Origin: a virus
Strand: one strand, 5' to 3'
Length of the DNA: 64,000 nt
IMG/VR virus record: IMGVR_UViG_3300048839_001709
Location: 3,604-67,603 of that record
The first letter of the stretch is position 1, and each line of letters starts with the position of its first letter. The position numbers and the translations under genes were made by a program. Below are positions 55,824 to 64,000 of this stretch, piece after piece. The notes beneath the pieces are model-generated. The model did no database searches. It was not told the DNA's origin and was given only the letters and a program-made list of their open reading frames with translations.

Positions 55824-56806
55824 ATCACACCGGCATCGAAACCGCAGATTTCACCAGCAATCCATGCTCAGGGTGCTTGCACGGCTGCAAATGGTGCTAC
55901 GCCCGCGGCATCGTCAAAAGATTCCACAAGGTATGGGGCTATCCGGCCGACGATCCTTTCCAGCCGCTTTTCCATCCACGCGAAATTGAAAAACTGCTGG
56001 CCTGCGAAAAGAAATGCACGGTCATGATTGGCTCGATGTGCGATCTCGGCGGCAAGTGGTTTTGGAAGGCTTGGATGCCGAAAGGTGGGAAATATACGTT
56101 CAAATCAAATCCACTTGTTTCCGTAACACATGGCGATTTAGCCATCTCCACAGTGGATATCTGGCGAGAATTGCTTTTTGTAATTCAGAGAAAACCGAAC
56201 ATTACTTTCCAGGTTTTTACAAAAAATCCGGAGAACCTTTATTGGTCGATTGATGGTGCTCTCCTTCGAAGCGAATCGAATATTGTTCCGCCCAACCTCT
56301 GGATCGGGGCCACGGTGACCAACCAGGCAGACGCGGAAGCCCGCATTCCGTACCTGCTGCGAATGCGCGAGATTGGCGTGAAGACTTTGTTCGTTAGTTG
56401 GGAACCGGTGATGGGCCAAGTGCCGTGGGAATGGTACGTAGGCGAAATCGCGGTAGACCTTTCATGCCCAATTTGTGGAACAACAAAAAATTCAACACCA
56501 CCACTTGAAGTTGATCCTGGCGACTATGGCCCAGGTGGATATGCTAAATATTGTATGTGCCCAAATAATTGCGACGTAAATGAAGAGTTTACGTTTGATG
56601 ATTATTGCAATATCCCAACATTTGGTATCGACTGGCTAATCATCGGCGCAATGACCGGGCGTCTGGCGAAAAAGAACCGCCCGCAACGCGAGTGGATTCA
56701 AAGCGCTGTCAACCAATGCCGCTTTTCTGGTGTTCCCGTCTTCTGCAAATCCAGCATTACCAAGCTTTTCCCCGATACCGAATGGCCGAAGGAGTTTCCG
56801 GAATGA
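55820..56806 (+). CDS. DUF5131 (Gp37/Gp68 radical-SAM-like) protein
   Basis: NPCSGCLHGCKWCYA, FQVFTK, NLWIGATV, SWEP, WLIIGA. Confidence 0.88.
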   Translation: MNHTGIETADFTSNPCSGCLHGCKWCYARGIVKRFHKVWGYPADDPFQPLFHPREIEKLLACEKKCTVMIGSMCDLGGKWFWKAWMPKGGKYTFKSNPLVSVTHGDLAISTVDIWRELLFVIQRKPNITFQVFTKNPENLYWSIDGALLRSESNIVPPNLWIGATVTNQADAEARIPYLLRMREIGVKTLFVSWEPVMGQVPWEWYVGEIAVDLSCPICGTTKNSTPPLEVDPGDYGPGGYAKYCMCPNNCDVNEEFTFDDYCNIPTFGIDWLIIGAMTGRLAKKNRPQREWIQSAVNQCRFSGVPVFCKSSITKLFPDTEWPKEFPE

Positions 56807-57054
56807 TCGAACTCGGACTGCGCCGCTGCGCCATGTTCGCCAAGGAACCACTGTCAAAGTCGCTTCGTTGCCTGAGTTGCAGCCAGCAGCACGGGCAGGG
56901 CAAGCCCAAACCGTGGGCGAGGATGGGTTTCACCATGATCCGCGTCGATTGCGAGTACATCGTCGACGGCTACGGCCGCAAGGTCGGCCACATCAACCTG
57001 TACTACCGCGAAAAAACCGACGCGATCGGAAATCAGTGCGCTTTGACCATTTGA
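56803..57054 (+). CDS. Hypothetical protein
   Basis: AGGAG RBS, ATGA overlap. Confidence 0.55.
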   Translation: MIELGLRRCAMFAKEPLSKSLRCLSCSQQHGQGKPKPWARMGFTMIRVDCEYIVDGYGRKVGHINLYYREKTDAIGNQCALTI

Positions 57055-57069
57055 ACCAGGAACAAGGAG

Positions 57070-57786
57070 ATGTTCATGTCCGACCTAAAACCGAAGGCTA
57101 ATATTATCGGTCCCGAACGCGCCGCCGTCCTCGGAACCGACAAGTTGATCGTCGCCAGCGCCGAATATGCCGCGTCCGGATTCAACTTGATCAATTTCAA
57201 TGACCAGGACGGATTTTCATTCCACAAAAATCCGGCTCTTTTCCGAAATCGCACTCAAAAAATCGACCGCCTGGTGCTGCATTGGGACGGTTCGCGATCC
57301 TCGAAGGGATGTTTCAATGCCTTGCTGGCCCGCGGTTTGTCGGTCCACTTGATGCTCGATCGCGACGGGACGGTCTACCAGGCATTGGACCTGTATAGCG
57401 CCGTTGCCTCACACGCTTCCGGCGCAAATGGCCGATCTGTCGGCATCGAGATCTGCAACATCGTCGATGTGCGGGAAGCGCACAAAGAGCCTGATCGAAT
57501 TATCACGCAGTCGTTTTTCCCCAGCGGTTGGAAACCGAAGCACTTGGATTTCACCGAGGCGCAGAAAAAGGCGCTGGTGCCGCTGGTGCAACTGATTTGC
57601 GGCACGGTCGGCATTCCGCCGCGCATTCCCGATGAAAAGAATCTGCCGAAAAACGGTTTTGTCAGCGACGGGTGGAGCGGCGTTTGCGGCCACTACCACA
57701 TCCCGAACAAAAACGGCAAGTGGGATCCGGGAACCACGCTGTGGCCGGTGCTGAAACAAGCCGGATTCGTCGAGGAAGGGATCTAA
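57070..57786 (+). CDS. N-acetylmuramoyl-L-alanine amidase (Amidase_2)
   Basis: LVLHW, SVH, HASGAN.RSVGIE, GH...KWDPG Zn ligands. Confidence 0.9.
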   Translation: MFMSDLKPKANIIGPERAAVLGTDKLIVASAEYAASGFNLINFNDQDGFSFHKNPALFRNRTQKIDRLVLHWDGSRSSKGCFNALLARGLSVHLMLDRDGTVYQALDLYSAVASHASGANGRSVGIEICNIVDVREAHKEPDRIITQSFFPSGWKPKHLDFTEAQKKALVPLVQLICGTVGIPPRIPDEKNLPKNGFVSDGWSGVCGHYHIPNKNGKWDPGTTLWPVLKQAGFVEEGI

Positions 57787-57788
57787 CG

Positions 57789-58502
57789 ATGGATGCGCCA
57801 ATCCTTTCCGTGAAACAGCCCTGGGCTTCGCTACTGATTTTCGGTGCGCCGGTACTTTCCGAGCCGAGTTCGATCAGGTTCAAAACCATCGAGAATCGTT
57901 CCTGGATGCCGCATGCCGACTTGATCGGTCAGCGAATAGGCATCCATGCCAGCAAGTCCTACGATGTGCAAAATCCTTTCGAGGATGACGACTGTGACGC
58001 GATCGAGTATCCGGCCAAGGCTTCCATCAAGTTCGACGCCGACGATCCGAAATACCACATCCGCGGCTACATCATTGGCACGGTTCGCCTGGTCGGAGTG
58101 ATCGCCATGCTGGATGGAAACATCAGCCTAGTGATGGCCGAGCGCGATTTTGCCTGGTCGCAGATCGACGAAAACGACATGATGTGGTTCGAGCACTTCG
58201 AGGGCATGTTCGGCTGGGTTTTTCGCAAGCCGCTGGCTCTGCCAAAACCGATCCACGCAACCGGCCAGTTGAACGTCTGGAAATGGTCCGTGCCGGAAAA
58301 CATGATCGATTCGATCTATTACCCCTTTTTCAAACCGGAGATTCCCCGCCGCGACGGTCGCATGGCGATGCGCTACGAGCGCACCGATGACAAACCGGCG
58401 TTGGCCGAAAAATGCAACGTATTCCAAAAACTACAAGAAGCCGGTCGGCTGAAACCGATCGATCCCAACCAACCATCCCCCCAAAAGAAAGAAGGAGAAT
58501 AA
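57789..58502 (+). CDS. ASCH-domain protein
   Basis: LSVKQPWASLL...KTIENRSW...IHAS...GQLNVW. Confidence 0.88.
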   Translation: MDAPILSVKQPWASLLIFGAPVLSEPSSIRFKTIENRSWMPHADLIGQRIGIHASKSYDVQNPFEDDDCDAIEYPAKASIKFDADDPKYHIRGYIIGTVRLVGVIAMLDGNISLVMAERDFAWSQIDENDMMWFEHFEGMFGWVFRKPLALPKPIHATGQLNVWKWSVPENMIDSIYYPFFKPEIPRRDGRMAMRYERTDDKPALAEKCNVFQKLQEAGRLKPIDPNQPSPQKKEGE

Positions 58503-58506
58503 ACGT

Positions 58507-59217
58507 ATGCGATTAGACAATGCCCAAATTGAAGCAATGGTCGAGGAAGCCCTGGGCGACATCGGGCTGGAAACAGACCAGGAAGCTCCGGAAAAGATCG
58601 TGCATCCGACGACATACCAGCAGCTTGTCGATGCGGTAATCGAGGCGCACAAGGCCAAGCAGGCCGAATTGGCCAGTGCCTACGGCGAGATCGCAGTAAA
58701 GATGAAAAACTTCAAATGCGACGGTGAGAAAATCACGGTCACCCTCGTTGTCCCGGACAATCTTTCCAACGTCATTGCCCTGAAATCTATGTCCGGCGAT
58801 CTGAATCTGATCGGCAATCAACGGACCATCGAAAACGTCATTCACACCTTCGGCGGCGAAGAAAACGAAACTCCGGCGACCGACGACACTCAATCCGAAC
58901 TGGTTTTCGACGCCGAAGGTAATCCGGTTGAAGAAAACGACGATGATGACGATGACGACGACAACGAACCGCAAGAAAACAAATCGAAGGATTTGTTTGC
59001 CGAAGTCAGCGTCGGAGATGTGGTCGATCTGATCGAAGACATGCCCTTTGGCGACTTGACCTATCCGGTCGGTTGTTCATTCGAGGTGGCAAAATTCAAC
59101 AAAAAGAAGATGACCGTGACCATCCGGGAACTCGAAGATCCGGTCGACAATTTTGTCGGCGACGGCCAGCCGTTTGAAGTATCCGACGAAGTTTTCAACG
59201 AACTATTCACGCGGTAA
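58507..59217 (+). CDS. Acidic hypothetical protein
   Basis: AAGGAG RBS; Asp/Glu-rich. Confidence 0.75.
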   Translation: MRLDNAQIEAMVEEALGDIGLETDQEAPEKIVHPTTYQQLVDAVIEAHKAKQAELASAYGEIAVKMKNFKCDGEKITVTLVVPDNLSNVIALKSMSGDLNLIGNQRTIENVIHTFGGEENETPATDDTQSELVFDAEGNPVEENDDDDDDDDNEPQENKSKDLFAEVSVGDVVDLIEDMPFGDLTYPVGCSFEVAKFNKKKMTVTIRELEDPVDNFVGDGQPFEVSDEVFNELFTR

Positions 59218-59251
59218 GTGGGACAACTTTTGAATTGAAAGAGGCAGATTT

Positions 59252-60523
59252 ATGGACTTCATCCCGGTCGATCCGAAGTTGCCGAGGCACCCAAAAATCA
59301 GGGCACTTTCCCGTCTATTGTCCACAAGATCGCTGGATGTGTGGCCAAGAGTGATTTTTTTGTGGATGGAAGCGTTCGAGTTTTATCCCGATGGCGACGT
59401 AACAAATTTGGAAAATGACGAGGAAGAATTAGCGCGCATTTTCCAACTTCGCGGAAACAAGGGTGTCGAGTTTTTCAAGGCCATGATCGATGTCGGCTTG
59501 ATTGACCGGGATGAAGATAGACTGCTGCTACATGATTGGAATCAGGACGGTTGTGGGCGGATGATCAAACACAAGGAAAAGGCAAATCAGCGGTGGAGAA
59601 AATGGAAAGAGAAGAAAAATCAGGTTGAAAATGATGATGAAACAAACGTTGGCGCAAACGTTTGTTCAAACGTTGGTACAAACGTTGATGCAAACGTTAG
59701 CGCAAACGTTAGCGCAAACGTTGGACAAACCGTTTGCCAAACGGATGACATGACAAGACATGACAGTGTTAATATTAATATTAACTCTTTAAGCGCTTAC
59801 GCTATACGTAAGCCGGAAAATGACCCTGGTTCGATTTTTGAATTTGAAAAGCAAAACGAAAAAAACAAAAACGAAAAACAGGAACCGGCAACGCTCGACG
59901 AAATCCTGTCGGCCGGCGAAAAGAAATTCACCGCCAAGCAAAAAGCCGAAGCGATTTACGATTCGTGGAAAAAGAAAAACAACGCCCACGATCGTGACCG
60001 GGCGATCAAAAACATCGTCACGCTGCTGACCAAGGAAAAAGTTCCGTTCCACAAGCTGCTGGCCGCGTTCGACAACTACACGCGACAGGAAGACAAAAAA
60101 GGAAGCGAAGCGCAGTTCCGTAAAACGTGCGCCAATTTCTTTGGCCGCGATCGAACCTGGACGACCTATGCCGACGAAATTCCGCAGAATCCAAAAACCA
60201 CAGCGCCGGGGAGCAACGGCAACGTTGATTTTCCCGAAAGCGACGATCCGATTTTCAACGCGATCATCCAAAATTTGAGCAAGTTCAAAACCTGGGTTGC
60301 GACCGGTGGAATTACAAAAAGCCGCGAAACCATCGTGGATCAATTTGGCGAAGACGTTTTCAACGTTGCGCTGGCCATGTCCCGCGAAGGTTGGTTCAAG
60401 CGGTGGAACGACCTCGGCGGCGATTCGCAGATGGTCGAACGGATTATCTGCAAGCAGCTTCCAGGCGCCTACCAACAGGCGAAAAGCAAAATCGAAAAAG
60501 CGACGGAGAAAGCCAATGGCTGA
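59252..60523 (+). CDS. Replication initiator (lambda O-like organisation)
   Basis: HPKIRAL...LLHDW N-terminus, internal iterons, FRKTCANFF C-domain. Confidence 0.8.
   Translation: MDFIPVDPKLPRHPKIRALSRLLSTRSLDVWPRVIFLWMEAFEFYPDGDVTNLENDEEELARIFQLRGNKGVEFFKAMIDVGLIDRDEDRLLLHDWNQDGCGRMIKHKEKANQRWRKWKEKKNQVENDDETNVGANVCSNVGTNVDANVSANVSANVGQTVCQTDDMTRHDSVNININSLSAYAIRKPENDPGSIFEFEKQNEKNKNEKQEPATLDEILSAGEKKFTAKQKAEAIYDSWKKKNNAHDRDRAIKNIVTLLTKEKVPFHKLLAAFDNYTRQEDKKGSEAQFRKTCANFFGRDRTWTTYADEIPQNPKTTAPGSNGNVDFPESDDPIFNAIIQNLSKFKTWVATGGITKSRETIVDQFGEDVFNVALAMSREGWFKRWNDLGGDSQMVERIICKQLPGAYQQAKSKIEKATEKANG
59643..59785. repeat. Replication origin iterons: 7x CAAACGTT at 12-bp period plus AT-rich palindrome
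   Basis: Copies at 59643, 59655, 59667, 59679, 59691, 59703, 59715; GTTAATATTAATATTAAC 59768-59785. Confidence 0.8.
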
Positions 60524-60881
60524 AAACGCGGTGGTCAAGCGAACGGTGATCGAATCGCCAAAAATTCCGAAAAGGAAATGGTGGCTCCTGCGAAAACTGG
60601 AATGGTTTTCTTTCGGGAAAGAAGCCCGCGAAGAGGCAAGGGATGTTGGTTTGACCCTGCGCGATATCGAAACGGCCAAGAAAAAATACGGCATGGTCGG
60701 CAAAGGCGAATACGAATTGCTCCAGCAGCAGAAAAACGAAACCGAAGCGGGCAGGCTTTTCCAAGTTCAACGAATCCAACACATCCGCCAAGCAGCGGCG
60801 GAAATACTGCGCCTCGGCCAACGCGCCAGCCGCGAGGATCTGGAAACGGTTTTGGCGCACATCCGGGACGGTGAAATTTGA
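60516..60881 (+). CDS. Hypothetical protein
   Basis: GGAG RBS, operon overlap. Confidence 0.65.
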   Translation: MAENAVVKRTVIESPKIPKRKWWLLRKLEWFSFGKEAREEARDVGLTLRDIETAKKKYGMVGKGEYELLQQQKNETEAGRLFQVQRIQHIRQAAAEILRLGQRASREDLETVLAHIRDGEI

Positions 60882-61383
60882 AAACTGCAAAAACCGGCCA
60901 CAACCAAGCGATGAAAATATGGCGATTCGCAACGCTACGCCACCGCCACGGCAAAAACGCAGAACGAAACAACCCTTCACAAACCTGGACCCTGAGAAAA
61001 TCGAATACAGGGCATTTTACGCAGAAAGGAACTTTGTCATGAGCGAACATCCATTGGCCGACGCCGTGAAAAGCGAAATCGACCTGATCGACAGAATGTT
61101 GGAAACGAAAGAATACATCGCCGTCAGCCCCATTTGCCTATCGACGTTCGACGATGGCGACGATTTGAACGATTGCCGCTACTGCCCGATCTGGCAGGGG
61201 CCGTCGAAGTCGGAAAACTGCAAAAAATTTATTCCGGCCAATCAGTCCATGACCTTCGCGCAGTTTTACGACTATGTGCAAAACTGTTCGGATGCTCTGG
61301 ACGAGAAATCCCGCTCCTGGTTGATCGAGTTTCAATCGTTTCTCAAAACCAAATACGAAGAACTCGTGGCGGAAGGGCGGTAA
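60871..61383 (+). CDS. Hypothetical protein
   Basis: ORF in operon; start uncertain. Confidence 0.55.
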   Translation: MKFENCKNRPQPSDENMAIRNATPPPRQKRRTKQPFTNLDPEKIEYRAFYAERNFVMSEHPLADAVKSEIDLIDRMLETKEYIAVSPICLSTFDDGDDLNDCRYCPIWQGPSKSENCKKFIPANQSMTFAQFYDYVQNCSDALDEKSRSWLIEFQSFLKTKYEELVAEGR

Positions 61384-61386
61384 AAG

Positions 61387-62139
61387 TTGGCTAACATCCT
61401 GTCACTTTCAGGCGGAAAAGATTCGACGGCGATGCTCCACGTTTGCCTTGAGCGTGGGATAAAAATCGACGCGGTGGTTTTTTTCGATACCGGGTGGGAT
61501 TTCCCGCAAATGTACGATCACCTGGAACTGGTCGAGCGAAAAACAGGAATCAAAATCGAAATAATAAAACCCAAAAAGCCGTTCGATTATTGGATGTTCG
61601 AGCGTGAAATTATTGCAAGAAAAGGACCGATGAAAGGACTGGTCTACCGTGTAGGATACGGGTGGCCGCATATGTTTTCTCGTTGGTGTACGCGCCTAAA
61701 AATTGACACGCTAGATCGATATTCCCGTCAATTCGACAATTCTATTCAGCTTGTCGGCTTCGCGGCTGACGAAATGCGAAGAAAAGAAAAAACGGAAAAA
61801 AACTCAAAGATACCTACCCGCTTCCCGCTGGTCGAATCTGGCATTACTGAATCGATGGCCTTGGAAATTTGTAAAAGCCAAGGATACAACTGGGGTGGCC
61901 TATACGACATTTTTGATCGAGTATCCTGCTACTGCTGCCCGCTGCAGGGTAAAAAATCTCTCCGGAAGCTTCGCCTACATTTCCCAAATTTGTGGGAAAA
62001 AATACTCGAAAAAGACGCAATAAACCCGAAACACAATCGAGGATTCATCGGGTATGAAACCGCTCATGATTTAGAAGAAAAGTTTACGGCAGAGGAAAAT
62101 CAATCGTTACTTGCAATTGGAGATGCAATAAATGGCTGA
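61387..62139 (+). CDS. PAPS reductase-family (PP-loop) protein
   Basis: SLSGGKDSTAM, FDTGWDFP, RWCT..K, RVSCYCCP. Confidence 0.88.
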   Translation: MANILSLSGGKDSTAMLHVCLERGIKIDAVVFFDTGWDFPQMYDHLELVERKTGIKIEIIKPKKPFDYWMFEREIIARKGPMKGLVYRVGYGWPHMFSRWCTRLKIDTLDRYSRQFDNSIQLVGFAADEMRRKEKTEKNSKIPTRFPLVESGITESMALEICKSQGYNWGGLYDIFDRVSCYCCPLQGKKSLRKLRLHFPNLWEKILEKDAINPKHNRGFIGYETAHDLEEKFTAEENQSLLAIGDAING

Positions 62140-63529
62140 GTCTCGCCGCCATGCCGATCCGAACCTCGAACGCAGGGTGCCGCCGCACAGCCTGGAAGCG
62201 GAAACGGCTGTCCTGGGCGGTGTGCTGCTGCGCAACGAAGCGCTGGACCGGGTGCGAGATCTTCTCCAGCCGAAACACTTCTACCATGCGAACCATCAAA
62301 TCATTTTCGCGGCGATGTGCGCGATGCAAAAGGCGCAATCGCCCATCGATCCGATAACGCTGCGCGAGTTTTTGAAATTGGCAAACAAGCTCGAGCAGAT
62401 CGGCGGCATCGCCAAAATCAACAAACTCATGGACGAGGTTCACACCACCGCGAACGTCGAGGAATACGCCCGCATCGTCGCGGAAAAGTTCATGTTGCGC
62501 GGTATGCTCGACGCGACCCACGAAATGCAGGGCATGATCTTCGAATCGCGCGGCGAAGACGGCGAGCTTCTTTGCGCCGACGAAATTCTCACCAGGGGCC
62601 AATCGCTGTTGCAAAAATTGAGCAACCGACAAATGTCCCAGGTTCCCTTCCTCGATTCGCAGACGGCGATGCAGCATACAATGGACGAGATCGAGAGAAG
62701 CGTCGGCGCCGACCGCGACGAGCCGGGGCTGACAACCGGCTTCGTGGATCTCAACCGCAAAATGCGCGGCATGAAGCCAGGCAGCCTGATCATTTTGGCC
62801 GCGCGGCCATCGATCGGCAAAACGGCGCTGGCCCTGGCAATTGCCGAAAAACAAGCGGCGATCGAGAAAGTGCCGATTCTGTTTTTTTCGTTGGAAGCCA
62901 CCGCCAATGAAATATCCAAGCGCAGGATTAGCTCCGTTTCCGGCGTGGCGCTGGAAAAAATCGACCGTGGCCGGATGACCCCGCAGGAAATGACGCGAGT
63001 AAGCGAAGCGGCGGAAATGCTGGCCAATCAAAACCTGATCACCATCGACGAAAGCAGCCGCCACACCATCGACACCATCGCGGCCAAATGTCGGCGGTTC
63101 AAAGCCGAACACGGTCTAATCGGCGGCGTTATCGTGGATTACGTCCAACTGATTTCCAGCATCAGGGCGAGAAAAAACGAAAAAACCCGCGACCAGGAAC
63201 TCGGCGAGATCAGCCGCGCCTTTAAAATTCTCGCCAAAGACGATTTGAATTGCTGGATTTTGGCCCTTTCGCAATTGAATCGCAGCGTCGAAAACCGCGA
63301 CGACAAACGACCGCGACTGTCCGACCTGCGCGAGTCGGGAAATCTCGAACAGGACGCGAACCAGGTTTTGCTCATGTATCGGGATGCCTACTACAACCCC
63401 GATACCGATAAGCCAAACGAGGCGGAAGTCAACGTGGCGAAAAACCGCGACGGCCCCACCGGAATAGTCAAATTGCTGGCGGAACTTGAAAGGATGCGTT
63501 TCGACAATTTTTACCAGGAGGAAAAGTGA
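62132..63529 (+). CDS. dnaB: Replicative DNA helicase
   Basis: PPHSLEAE, AARPSIGKT, DYVQL, LSQLNR, DLRESGNLEQDA, KNRDGPTG. Confidence 0.96.
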   Translation: MAESRRHADPNLERRVPPHSLEAETAVLGGVLLRNEALDRVRDLLQPKHFYHANHQIIFAAMCAMQKAQSPIDPITLREFLKLANKLEQIGGIAKINKLMDEVHTTANVEEYARIVAEKFMLRGMLDATHEMQGMIFESRGEDGELLCADEILTRGQSLLQKLSNRQMSQVPFLDSQTAMQHTMDEIERSVGADRDEPGLTTGFVDLNRKMRGMKPGSLIILAARPSIGKTALALAIAEKQAAIEKVPILFFSLEATANEISKRRISSVSGVALEKIDRGRMTPQEMTRVSEAAEMLANQNLITIDESSRHTIDTIAAKCRRFKAEHGLIGGVIVDYVQLISSIRARKNEKTRDQELGEISRAFKILAKDDLNCWILALSQLNRSVENRDDKRPRLSDLRESGNLEQDANQVLLMYRDAYYNPDTDKPNEAEVNVAKNRDGPTGIVKLLAELERMRFDNFYQEEK

Positions 63530-63530
63530 G

Positions 63531-63929
63531 ATGACGATCTACAAACGAAGGATCGAACAGAAACAAAAGACTTTCTGCCCGAAGTGCGGTTTCGGCGTAC
63601 CGGTTAGCGCGAATGGTTTTTGCGAAATTTGCGCTAGCAAAGCCATCGGCGAAGCTGTCGACCGGCTCTACGCCAATCGCTTCACCTTCGACCTGAATGT
63701 GCATTGCGACGACTGCGGCGAAGAAATCGAGTTCGAGGAATCGCACAGTTGCACCGGTTGCGGCGCCGTGCTGTGCAACGAATGCCTGCACCTCGATGTG
63801 GAAGGCGAGCAGTTCTGCACGACGTGCTGGGACGGGATGCTCGAGGAAGAGGAAAACAGCGAAGTGAAAAATGCAATCGACGATGAATTTTCAACATCGA
63901 AAGAAAAAGAAGAGGCTCCCCATGAATGA
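63531..63929 (+). CDS. Cys-rich Zn-finger protein
   Basis: Multiple CxxC pairs. Confidence 0.65.
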   Translation: MTIYKRRIEQKQKTFCPKCGFGVPVSANGFCEICASKAIGEAVDRLYANRFTFDLNVHCDDCGEEIEFEESHSCTGCGAVLCNECLHLDVEGEQFCTTCWDGMLEEEENSEVKNAIDDEFSTSKEKEEAPHE

Positions 63930-64000
63930 AAACCATACCCCAAAATTTACCGAGCAATGGGCCATCGTCGAGTTGATGGGGCACCGTAAACTCGGCGCGC
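63922..64000 (+). CDS. Partial phage protein (runs off the window)
   Basis: GAGG RBS; WAIVELMGHRK. Confidence 0.55.
   Translation, partial: MNENHTPKFTEQWAIVELMGHRKLGA

Larger units (their letters stand above)
1..64000. mobile_element. Temperate myovirus-like phage genome (attP-containing, excised/permuted form; both window edges fall in early/middle genes)
   Basis: Complete head, contractile tail, baseplate, integrase/repressor and replication modules; phage genes on both sides of the tRNA-fragment att site; no host core genes seen. Confidence 0.93.

Noticed and set aside
1-64000. Terminal overlap proving a complete circular genome; host assignment
   Set aside because: The window ends share no visible sequence; the Asp-rich lipoprotein and GT9/LpxD-like genes only hint at a Gram-negative host

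Overview
The whole 64 kb window reads as one temperate, contractile-tailed (myovirus-like) phage genome in its excised or circularly permuted form. Phage genes lie on both sides of an attP that carries the 3' half of a tRNA-Arg(ACG), and no host housekeeping genes are visible. Gene order: end of the early/middle operon (1-3.9 kb); terS; an island of sigma70-driven small genes holding an inverted terL and a second tyrosine recombinase (5-11.3 kb); portal, MuF, two head proteases and capsid; tail sheath, tube, tape measure, baseplate and fibre (11.3-36.5 kb); morons (FGE-type lipoprotein, hicBA); a holin-like gene plus a ~9 kb glycosylation cluster; attP, integrase, nuclease and repressor; then the early operon with recombination, replication (iteron origin, DnaB) and an amidase. 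The most notable signals are: (i) a ~750-nt non-coding structured-RNA array with a boxA-like leader and a tRNA-like acceptor/T-arm domain (52.5-53.3 kb); (ii) an 18-bp motif TTCWGAAWNNNCRNACCA found 8 times upstream of late units, including the glycosylation genes, which suggests virion glycosylation; (iii) a lox/res-like site with an IHF box next to terS, with a second recombinase nearby; (iv) a TerL whose ATPase motifs are non-canonical (Walker B DQ). All product calls come from motif recognition and synteny by eye; no database searches were run.
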